From a virus (Duplodnaviria > Caudoviricetes): 64,000 bases of DNA. This document shows, one piece after another, positions 29,866-39,400 of the stretch (positions are counted from its first letter, which is position 1; each line of letters starts with the position of its first letter). The notes under the pieces were generated by a model. It made no database searches. It saw nothing but the letters and a program-made list of their open reading frames with translations, and had not been told where the DNA came from. The stretch lies in the IMG/VR virus record IMGVR_UViG_3300010340_001122. One strand, written 5' to 3'. The translations under genes were made by a program, and so were the position numbers.

Positions 29866-30591
29866 ATGATTCAGAATACAGAAGACGCAAATAAATACTA
29901 CCAACTTGTAAATCAATATATTGATGAGTATGTTGATAAATGGAAAATAAAACCAACTAATCTTAAAAATTACCTTTTAGGTAATAAATCAAGACTTGTT
30001 AATTTCTTAGAAAGAAAAGGACTTAAAGATATTGGTAATATAAACCGCGTAGTTTTAGATGTGGTTGAAGATAGGGTTGCTATGTATAGTGATGGTGTAA
30101 TGACATTCGAAAATTTTAAATTTTTTGAATCTGATGAATTTAAAATTATTGATATGAGACAATGTCTCTATAAAGGAATCGATAAAGCCACAATTGATCA
30201 TGAGAAAATATTAGCTGATTATTGGGATGCTTCTTTAAGTCAAATCGATATTGTATCTGCTGAAAAGCATATTTTTAAAGTAGATAAAGGATTATCATCC
30301 GGTGATGGTATGAATGTAGTAATTTATAATGAATCTGAACTTACTACTATTAAAGAAAATATTAAAGACTATGTTTTAAATCAAACATTTAACAAAACTG
30401 TAAAATTAGATTTAGGAAAATCTGACTTAGATTTAAATGTTAATATTAAAGATTTTATGAATGAAGATAAATTCAAAAATAAAATAGACGAAATATTAAC
30501 TCCTGAAAATGTCAAAAGTATTATTTCGTCTATTTTAGATTGTAAAGAAGAAAATAGCCAAGAAGGAAGTTTTATTGCTATTTTACAGTAA
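29866..30591 (+). CDS. Hypothetical protein
   Basis: 241-aa ORF; TAATATATA upstream; internal VMTFENFKFFES. Confidence 0.7.
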   Translation: MIQNTEDANKYYQLVNQYIDEYVDKWKIKPTNLKNYLLGNKSRLVNFLERKGLKDIGNINRVVLDVVEDRVAMYSDGVMTFENFKFFESDEFKIIDMRQCLYKGIDKATIDHEKILADYWDASLSQIDIVSAEKHIFKVDKGLSSGDGMNVVIYNESELTTIKENIKDYVLNQTFNKTVKLDLGKSDLDLNVNIKDFMNEDKFKNKIDEILTPENVKSIISSILDCKEENSQEGSFIAILQ

Positions 30592-30633
30592 TTCATGTAA
30601 CATCATGATATCCATTTAAGATATATTATTATT

Positions 30634-31047
30634 TCACGCCATTGGTTTCAATTTAATTTCATAGATTATTATATCTGATGGATCTTTCATAAAGTAGAAT
30701 TTATCAACGATATCTAAAAATGATTTACCATTAAACCAAGAGACATTATCTTTTACATCTCTTTTTTTTCTCCAAACTATTTCATAATTTTGAAAGTTTT
30801 TCTTATAGTCCGACTTGATATAATCAATCATCTTATTTAAACAAGATAATTTATTTGAAGATTTTATCTTATGAAAAAGAAATCTTTCCCCGTGATTTTT
30901 AGAAATTGTTATAATTGAAAGTTCAGTATCTGATTCACTTTCTTGATAATCAAAATAAAGTGTGACATCATCAAGTTCTTTTCTGATAATATCTTCAGAT
31001 GTCATTTCTGCTAATAAAATTTCGGATGATTTGTTTAGTGAGTTCAT
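30634..31047 (-). CDS. Hypothetical protein
   Basis: 137-aa ORF coupled to the upstream gene. Confidence 0.6.
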   Translation of the reverse strand: MNSLNKSSEILLAEMTSEDIIRKELDDVTLYFDYQESESDTELSIITISKNHGERFLFHKIKSSNKLSCLNKMIDYIKSDYKKNFQNYEIVWRKKRDVKDNVSWFNGKSFLDIVDKFYFMKDPSDIIIYEIKLKPMA

Positions 31048-31250
31048 ATTCCTAATATATTTAGTTTTTTTTCTCTTATTTGTTCGACGGTTAAGAATTT
31101 TGATTTTGAAATTCTTCTATAATCATGATTCTCATTTATTATCCAATATGAAGTTTCATCTGAAATTTTATCAATAAATGTTACCTCATACCAATTACCA
31201 ACCGTAATTGATAATGAAACATCTTTATTATCAATACAAAGTACCTTCAT
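31044..31250 (-). CDS. Small SH3-like protein with REKKLNIL tail
   Basis: MKVLCIDN...ITVGNWYEV...YWIINE...IREKKLNILGI. Confidence 0.65.
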   Translation of the reverse strand: MKVLCIDNKDVSLSITVGNWYEVTFIDKISDETSYWIINENHDYRRISKSKFLTVEQIREKKLNILGI

Positions 31251-31855
31251 TATTCGTGATGATCAACTGGTGATATAATTTTATCATTCATAACTTTTTT
31301 AAGCTCTGAATATGATAGTGGTGTATAATCCCAACCATTTGTTCCAACATCAATTACTTTTCTTTTATAATACCAAGCCATTTCAGGATTTTTCATAATT
31401 GATTGATGGCAGTGTCCGTGAATATGCCAAGAACCATGATGTGATTTGTTCCAAGAAAGTATTGGGTAGTGACATAAGATTATATCTTGATATCCTCTAC
31501 TTGCATCATCATCCTTTACGGATATTGTAGCACCACCAAGAGTAGTATCATCACCAAATACTTTTTCAAATCCTAATTTAGATATATCTCTTATTCTATC
31601 ATGGTTTCCCATTATAAAATAAATCTTACCTTTTAATTGGTCTCTAAACCATTTTGCCTCACCTTTATCCTTAAAAGCAAAGTCACCTAAGTAAAATACT
31701 ATATCTTCATCATCAACTACTGTGTTCCAGTTTTTGATAAGTGTTTTATGCATTTCTTCCGTATTTGCAAACGGTCTTCCGTCAAATCTAATTACATTAT
31801 GATGACCAATATGGAAATCACTAGCAAAGTGTATGTTTTGATGTTCAATTCTCAT
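31250..31855 (-). CDS. Calcineurin-like metallophosphoesterase
   Basis: SDFHIGH, LGDF, GNHD, CHYP, HGHCH, DVG. Confidence 0.9.
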   Translation of the reverse strand: MRIEHQNIHFASDFHIGHHNVIRFDGRPFANTEEMHKTLIKNWNTVVDDEDIVFYLGDFAFKDKGEAKWFRDQLKGKIYFIMGNHDRIRDISKLGFEKVFGDDTTLGGATISVKDDDASRGYQDIILCHYPILSWNKSHHGSWHIHGHCHQSIMKNPEMAWYYKRKVIDVGTNGWDYTPLSYSELKKVMNDKIISPVDHHE

Positions 31856-31859
31856 ATGA

Positions 31860-31867
31860 CAAATATA
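31860..31867 (-). promoter_or_regulatory. TAnnTTTG -7 element, probably driving a leaderless mRNA
   Basis: TATATTTG 4 nt before ATG 31855. Confidence 0.65.
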
Positions 31868-31919
31868 CGAATTATTTTGATAAACAAATTTTAATATATA
31901 AAAAAAATAACATAAATAT

Positions 31920-32225
31920 ATGATAAAGTCATATTTAGAGTTTATTAAAGAAAATCAAACTCCACCAGGATCAGGAACCGCAAATACAACCTCTATATCA
32001 CTAAGTGATGATGATATAAATTTAATTGGAGAAGAACCAGTCTTATCTAATATGATTGCAAATCAACAAATAACATTAATGGGTAATCAATTATATTATT
32101 TTAATGATGAAAAAACTACACAAAATTTAAATAGATATTTTCCCGATAAAATTGTAAATACAATCGAAGAAGAAGAAAATGAGATAGGACACGTGAGTAA
32201 TGAAACTAAAAATAATCGATTTTAA
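31920..32225 (+). CDS. Hypothetical protein with capsid-targeting-like N-terminus
   Basis: MIKSYLEFIKE, close to T4 internal protein MKTYQEFIAE. Confidence 0.7.
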   Translation: MIKSYLEFIKENQTPPGSGTANTTSISLSDDDINLIGEEPVLSNMIANQQITLMGNQLYYFNDEKTTQNLNRYFPDKIVNTIEEEENEIGHVSNETKNNRF

Positions 32226-32488
32226 TGAATCATGTTGATGATTGGTCTTTATATAATCAAAAAAATAAACTAAAAGCAGAAGAATATGTTAATGATAACC
32301 TTTTTAGATTAATACGTTTTTTTGAATTCGAGAATGGTGAAGGAGATGAAAAAAAACAAATTCTAATAGATTATTTTACAAAATATCCTGACCAAATATC
32401 AAGCACTAATATACAAACAATTGGAAAACCTAATCAATTGTCTGTACCTAGCCTAAATAATATCGGAGGAGTTATTAAATATAAATAA
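32225..32488 (+). CDS. Hypothetical protein
   Basis: 87-aa ORF with TAATG coupling. Confidence 0.6.
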   Translation: MNHVDDWSLYNQKNKLKAEEYVNDNLFRLIRFFEFENGEGDEKKQILIDYFTKYPDQISSTNIQTIGKPNQLSVPSLNNIGGVIKYK

Positions 32489-32556
32489 AAATAAATATAA
32501 CGTCCAATGCTAAACAACATTAAAACTATTTATCATGGACGTTATATTTATTTTTA
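32486..32556. repeat. 21-bp perfect inverted repeat with 29-nt loop
   Basis: taaaaataaatataacgtcca ... tggacgttatatttattttta. Confidence 0.85.
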
Positions 32557-32739
32557 ATTAATGAATACTTCTATATCCTTCTCTATACCAGAAGGATTTA
32601 CATAAACAAATTTACAACCATAATCATCATATTTTACTTCTTCAAAGTGCTTTGTGGCATCTTCAATGTTGGTAAAATTCTTCTTAGTGTCTAAATCAAC
32701 ACCATATTCATTTCCATTTACAACGTAATAATGTTCCAT
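32554..32739 (-). CDS. Small hypothetical protein
   Basis: 61-aa ORF with own TATATTTG promoter at 32779-32786. Confidence 0.6.
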   Translation of the reverse strand: MEHYYVVNGNEYGVDLDTKKNFTNIEDATKHFEEVKYDDYGCKFVYVNPSGIEKDIEVFIN

Positions 32740-32777
32740 TTTTTATTTGTATTAATGATTAAAAACTAAATATAACA

Positions 32778-32843
32778 ACAAATATAAGAAATAAATCTTA
32801 CTTTGTCAATTTTTTAATGAAAAGATTTATTTCTTATATTTGT
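32778..32843. repeat. 22-bp perfect inverted repeat carrying two outward-facing TAnnTTTG elements
   Basis: acaaatataagaaataaatctt-(22 nt)-aagatttatttcttatatttgt. Confidence 0.85.
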
Positions 32844-32853
32844 AACCGTGTGA

Positions 32854-34077
32854 TTAACTAAAGAAATCTCCTGCATCAAATGATTCACTATCTGGTGTTT
32901 CCTCTACATCCTCAATTATATCATTGAACTCTTTCTCTACTTGTTCAATCTCATCTAATGATTTAAATCTGAAATAATCATTTACAATTGGTGCCATTTT
33001 CTCAAGAATTTCCATTGTAAATATCTCTTGTGTAAATAATTGCTTAGTTGTAACTGATTTATTTAAATGATTTATATACCACCTGTTACCACCTGGTGTA
33101 AATGTCATCTCTCCAGTTTTTTTATCAACTTCCATTTTACCTTGAGCAATTCCTATTTTTTCAAAATATTCTGGACGACAGAAAGCATCTAACCCTGTGT
33201 ATGGGTTCATACCGTGTGCAAATGAGATATCAAATCTAATTTTCTTTGGTTTAGCCATACGATTTTTCATAGTTTTGAATAAAACTGAAATTCCACTAGA
33301 ACCTAAATCCATCTCGTCCTCTTCACCGGTCTTTAATTTCGATTTTGACATCATTCCGATTACTGATGCTGAATACAATAGTCCATTACCACCTTTGAGT
33401 TTCTCAACACTAAACATGTCGAGTGTCATATAAGTATGGTTTGCTACAATCATTGGTATTTCTAAATATCCAAGGTCTGTATTAATACTTCTAAACATAG
33501 AACCTAATGCTTTCGCTTTTGTCATATCTTGTTTAATATTACCAGCAAGTAGATCTTCTTTTTCTTTATTAGATGCCATTTGACCTAATGAGTCTAATAC
33601 AATCATTAATTTAGGTAGTTCATAACCAGCTATTTTTTGCTCTTTTAAGTCATCTAATAGTTTAGTTAAAAGCATATTAACATCTTCAACTTTGTTAGAT
33701 GTGATTAATCTAAATTTATCCAGTGAATTATCAATTCCAAATTTAGGCAAATCTTCTAAATCAATTGCTTGTTCTGTATCAATATAAATAACAGAATATC
33801 CTGCTCTTTGTGCATGTTTGGCACATGAGTAACATAAAAAGGATTTTCCGGCACCTGATTCACCAGCAAAAGCTGTGATTCGATTTGTAGAAACTCCTCC
33901 TCCTAATAATTTACCTGATAAAGCAGCATCTAATAAATAAACACCAGTTGTAATAAAAACCTTTTCTACTATTTCTTTCCTTATTTGAACTGGGATAGTT
34001 TTTGCAATATTATCTAATATTGATCCAACTTTACTAAATTCAAACTTCTTAACTTCTTTTCCTGTTTGTTTTGCCAT
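32854..34077 (-). CDS. uvsX: RecA/UvsX recombinase
   Basis: GESGAGKS Walker A, YIDTE, IVLDSLG Walker B, ANHTY, GGNGLLYSAS. Confidence 0.9.
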   Translation of the reverse strand: MAKQTGKEVKKFEFSKVGSILDNIAKTIPVQIRKEIVEKVFITTGVYLLDAALSGKLLGGGVSTNRITAFAGESGAGKSFLCYSCAKHAQRAGYSVIYIDTEQAIDLEDLPKFGIDNSLDKFRLITSNKVEDVNMLLTKLLDDLKEQKIAGYELPKLMIVLDSLGQMASNKEKEDLLAGNIKQDMTKAKALGSMFRSINTDLGYLEIPMIVANHTYMTLDMFSVEKLKGGNGLLYSASVIGMMSKSKLKTGEEDEMDLGSSGISVLFKTMKNRMAKPKKIRFDISFAHGMNPYTGLDAFCRPEYFEKIGIAQGKMEVDKKTGEMTFTPGGNRWYINHLNKSVTTKQLFTQEIFTMEILEKMAPIVNDYFRFKSLDEIEQVEKEFNDIIEDVEETPDSESFDAGDFFS

Positions 34078-34188
34078 AAAATATAATTTTTATTATATAT
34101 ATATAAATTATATTCTCCTCTTTTATTATTTTATATAATCACCACATAAATCTATTAAGGGTGGGAATATAATTTTTATATATACTAA

Positions 34189-35244
34189 ATGACAAAAGAA
34201 GATTTTTTATTAAGAGCACGAGAATCACATGGATATAAATATAATTATCCTAATTTAAATGATAAAATATTATCTAATGATGATATTGATATTGAATATA
34301 ATGGTATCATATATAGACAAAAAGTAGTTAAACATATATTATTAGGAAGATGTCCTGAGAAAAATACACCAAGTAAAACAACTGAACAATTTATATCAGA
34401 GGCTAAATTAATATGGTTTGATAAATACGACTATTCTTTAGTAGAATATAAAGGAGCTTTGAAAAAAGTTAAAATAATCTATAAAGGAATTGTTTTTGAA
34501 CAAGTTGCTGTTTCACATTTAAATGGTCAATGTTGTGAAAAGAGTCTTAATCAAGAAAACTTTATTTTAAAATCTAAAGAAAAACATGGTAACCGATATG
34601 ATTATAGTTTAGTAAAATTTAAAAATGGTAATTTTCCAGTATTAATTGGATATAAAGGAATTTATTATCTACAAAAACCATATTATCATCTTTCTGGAAA
34701 TAGACCAGAAAACATAAAATTGGCTGTTAGAAAAACCAATAAACAATTTATTAATGAGTCAAATCAAGTACATGATTTTAAGTATAATTATGATAAACTA
34801 GATTATATTTCCAATCAAACCAAAATTATAATAACATGTCCAATACATGGTGATTTCAAACAAAGACCTCTTTCACATATCCAAGGAAATGGATGTCCAT
34901 TATGTAATGAATCAAAGGGTGAAAAAGAGATTGCTAAATTTTTAGATAAAAACAACATATTATATTATAGACAACATAAATTTCATGATTGTCGTAATGT
35001 ATTTGAATTACCATTTGATTTTTATCTACCTAAATATAGATTTGTAATAGAATTTGATGGAATTCAACATTATGAGCCTATTGAACACTTTGGAGGATTG
35101 AAAGCATATGAATCATTAAAAACCAATGATAAAATTAAAAATGATTATTGTGAGGATAATTATATTGATTTGATTCGTATTAGATATGATCAGATTGATA
35201 GGATATTTGATATTTTGAAAGAAAGTCTTAAAAATAAGATTTAG
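34189..35244 (+). mobile_element. Free-standing putative homing endonuclease (YDYS repeats, Zn finger, PD-(D/E)XK/Vsr-like C-terminus)
   Basis: Repeated FI...HG.KYDYS modules, CPIHG...GCPLC, SKGEKEI...PFDFYL...IEFDGIQH. Confidence 0.75.
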
Positions 35245-35945
35245 TCCTTATATGTTATATGAATTTGAATTTGCCAAGCAGTTGGTATAAGTTCTGTGCT
35301 TTTAATATCTATTAGATCTATTTCCTGATTTAGGTGTGATTTAAGAGTTTCGATGCATTGATTAAACTTTATTTCAGAATCTTTATCTAAATAGATTTCC
35401 TCTTGGCCTTTTTTACCTATTTCGGGATTCCAGTGTTCGTTCATAATACTTATTTGTAAGCATTTAGTATGATCCACATTTGCGAGTTCTCCGACTTGAC
35501 CTTTGATATTATCCCAAATATATACTGACATCCATCCATGAAATTTAGGAATTTGTATTCCGGGATTAAAAAACATGGACATTGAGTAGTCACTTAAAAA
35601 ATCCTGGAATACTTCTTTACATATTTCTTCAATTTTGATATCTGTTTCGGTTTTAATATATGAATCAAAATCTCGACTTTCATTTAAATCATTTAATACT
35701 TTATTTAAATTTTCTAAATTGAATCCTTCAAGTGGAGTTCCACCATTTTTTAAATAATTAAAATATAAATCTTGATATTCATCATAAGTTACAATTCTTC
35801 CAAATATATCTGAGTAAATAACATCGGTTATTCCGATTTTTTTCATAGGTGCATTATCTTCTTCACCATAATTAGGACCCATGTGTCCTACTAATTCAGT
35901 TCCAGATATAGATTCTAAGAAGTTTAAATATTTTTTAATCTTCAT
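35241..35945 (-). CDS. Hypothetical protein with capsid-targeting-like N-terminus
   Basis: MKIKKYLNFLES start. Confidence 0.65.
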   Translation of the reverse strand: MKIKKYLNFLESISGTELVGHMGPNYGEEDNAPMKKIGITDVIYSDIFGRIVTYDEYQDLYFNYLKNGGTPLEGFNLENLNKVLNDLNESRDFDSYIKTETDIKIEEICKEVFQDFLSDYSMSMFFNPGIQIPKFHGWMSVYIWDNIKGQVGELANVDHTKCLQISIMNEHWNPEIGKKGQEEIYLDKDSEIKFNQCIETLKSHLNQEIDLIDIKSTELIPTAWQIQIHITYKD

Positions 35946-36402
35946 TTCTTACTGGTATTTTTTCAAAAAACTCGTCTTCTATTTCTAATGAATAAGTATC
36001 TTTATTAAAATCATAAAATATATTATAAAGAAAATTATCTTTTAAATCAATTTTCTCACCATTTTTTAGTTCTAGAATACAAATTTCATTTTCATAGTCA
36101 TTATAAATAGAGTGTATTTGTATTCCTATTTTACCATTTCTATCAATTAAGTTACAAATAACTTTTTTTTCATTCTGAATAAGATCATTTAATCTCTCAA
36201 AAGTTGATTGTCTGGAAAGCATTGTATAGTCTTGAATATCACTATCACTAATATTGTTATATTTTCCTAAAAAATCTTCTTCTTTTGAGCTCAGTTTCGT
36301 ACTCTTAGAAATCTTATCTAAGATTTTATTTAACTCAATCTCTTTTAGAGATTCAGTTATTCTAAGGTATGATATGAACTTTTTGAACCCCATAATCACC
36401 AT
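35935..36402 (-). CDS. Hypothetical protein with DUF6576-like motif
   Basis: MGFKKFISYLRITES; LNKILDKISKSTKLSSKEEDFL. Confidence 0.65.
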   Translation of the reverse strand: MVIMGFKKFISYLRITESLKEIELNKILDKISKSTKLSSKEEDFLGKYNNISDSDIQDYTMLSRQSTFERLNDLIQNEKKVICNLIDRNGKIGIQIHSIYNDYENEICILELKNGEKIDLKDNFLYNIFYDFNKDTYSLEIEDEFFEKIPVRNED

Positions 36403-36480
36403 ATCTAATTTTAATATTTTACAATATATATATTAAGAAATCAATCTATTATTTATATATACTTTGTAAATTAAAGTTAT

Positions 36481-39400
36481 TTGATGGATAAGGATTTAAT
36501 AGTCGGTCTTAGTAATTTATCTAAATCTTTAGATAAAATAGCAGATGCTCTTTCTAAAAAGAAAGATCCTAAAACCGCAACTGCTGCTGCATTACAGATG
36601 GGTCGATTTGATAAACAACTTCGACAAATTAGTAGTAGTATTACTAATGTTAAAAGAGATACTCAGAAGATATTAGATCAACAAGATACTATTCTTAAGA
36701 TTTTAAAAAGAAAAGAAAAAGACGTAAAATCTAAGGATATACAAGAAACCATTGTCAAGGTTAGTAAAGATAAGAATAATGAAAAAAATATTGATTCGAA
36801 GGATAAAGTAAAAGAAAAAGATTCTAATATATCTAACAAACCAAAAGAGGTAAAGGAAATTCCTAAGGAAACCACTATTGTTAAGGTTAGTAAGGATAAA
36901 AAAGTTGAAAAAGATTCTATTTCTGATAAACCAAAAGAGGTAAAGGAAATTCCTAAAGAAACCACTATTGTTAAGGTTAGTAAGGATAAAAAAGTTGAAA
37001 AAGATTCTAATATTTCTGATAAACCAAAAGAGGTAAATGAAATTCCTAAGGAAACCACCATTGTTAAGGTTAGTAAAGATAAGAAAATAGACTCTAATAA
37101 AGTAAATGAAGTACCCAAGGAAACCACTGTTGTTAAAGTTAGTAAAGATGTTTCAAATTCTGAAAAAAATACAAAAAAAAATCCGGGAATTTTTGGCGAT
37201 ATAGATACTAAAAAAATCAAAGATGGTATTTCAACTGTTTTGATTATTGCTAGTGCCTTAGCAGCTATTGGATTATCTTTGAAAATTATTGGTAAAGTTG
37301 ATTTCACTTCAGTTCTTGCACTAACATTAGCACTGCCTTTGATGGCATTTGCATTTGAAAGAATTTCACGTATAAATTTAGATAGAAAAAAAGTACCTGA
37401 TATGATATTAGCTTTGGTTGGATTTTCTACTGCTATTACTCTATCATCATATGTTCTTAGTTTAATTAAGCCTGTTGGACTATTTCAATCTATTACAGCT
37501 ATAATGATATCTGGGGCTTTTGCAATAATTGCTCCTAATTTCGGAAAACTATTAAATGGATTTAAAGATGTTAATTTTTTAACATTAGCTAAATCTGTTA
37601 TTTTTTTACCGATAATAATGGTTAGTTTATCAATGGCTATTATGTACTCATCGAAATTTTTAAGTAATGTTAAACCAATTGGATTATTCCAAGCTGTTTC
37701 TGCTATAATGATTTCTGGTGTTTTTGCAGTTATATCATATGGTATTGGTAAATTGTTATCAGGATTTAAAGGATTAAATCCAATAACTGCAATTGTAGCT
37801 TCAACGTTATTACCTATTGTATTAGTATCGATATCATTTGCGATAATGGCATCTTCAGCTTTATTATCGAGAGTTAAACCAATTGGATTATTCCAAGCGA
37901 TAACATCAATAATGATTGCTGGAGTTTTTTCTGTTATATCATATGGTATTGGTAAAATATTGGGTGGATTTAAGGGAATCAGTCCATTGACTGCTATAGC
38001 CGCTTCTGCTCTTATTCCTATTGTTTTTATTGCTCTCTCATTTGCAATAATGACATCTTCTAATTTCTTATCAAAAGTCACACCAATTGGATTATTCCAA
38101 GCGATATCATCAATATTAATTGCTGCAACATTTGTTGTTTTATCTTATGCAGTTGCTAAAATATTACCATCATTTAGAAAGGTTAATATGGCTGATGCTG
38201 TTAAGGCGTCGATTATAATGCCTCTATTATTTACTAGTATGTCAATTTCGATTATGTTATCGTCTTATGTTCTATCTAAAGTTAGACCAATTGGTGTATT
38301 TCAGTTTTTAAGTGCTATTGGTATATCTTTAGTTTTTGTTGCTTTTGCATATACAATGAAGTTAATAGTTAATGCTATTAAGAATATTAGTATAAAAGAT
38401 ACTATTTCAGCATTTGCTAAATTAACTATAATGGTTGTTGCAATTGCATTAACTGGTTCTATAATTAGTAAAATGCCTGATATAAACCTTTCTAAAACCT
38501 TAAAGGCTGTTGCATTTACCGGAGGATTATTCGTAATTGCTTTATTATTTAATGGTATTATTAAAGCAGTTGGTAATATTTCTGTTTCTAATATAGTAAA
38601 GGGTGGTGTTGTTATAGTTGCGATTGCTGCTGTCATAATGGTTTCTTCTTTACTTCTTTCAGTTGGTAAATATAAAAATTATCCAGGTCTTGCATGGGCA
38701 CTTGGTGTTGGTCTAAGTTTGGCAGCATTTGGTTTAGGTGCGGTTTTGTTAGGTACTCAAGTTTTAAATCCATTTTTCTATGATGGTCTTGGTGTTATTT
38801 TACTTGTAGCGGCTACTGTTGTTGCAACTTCTTATATACTGGGCTCAGGATCTTATGATAAGTATCCAAGTTTTAGTTGGGTTGGATCTACTATATTAAT
38901 TTTAGGATCTTTTGGATTGGTTGCTGTTGGATTGGGAGTTGTTTCACCTCTATTATTATTAGGATTACCAGCTATGTTAGGTGTTGCTGGTACTATTTAC
39001 TTAATTGATAAAATATTTAGTAGTGGCGGGTATAAAAAATACCCAACAAATGATTGGGTTAATCCAAGTATATCTCTTATAGGTAGATTTGCTGGAATGG
39101 CTATTCTTTATTCTTTTGCATTACCATTAATTATACTTGGAGGTTTGTCGATTTTAGCAGTTACTGGTACCATTTTATTAGTTGATAAGATTTTTGGTAA
39201 AGGAACATTTAAAAGCTATCCATCAACTAAGTGGATGAGTGGAGTTTCAAATACTTTAGAAATTTTTTCTAAACTGTTGAAAGATATTAGAAGAGATTTG
39301 GGATTTGGTGATCTTATTCTTGGAGCAATAAAGGTTTTAGGTGTTGTTTATACAATAAAACAGATGGATGATGTATTAAGTAAGGGAGATTTTAAAAAGT

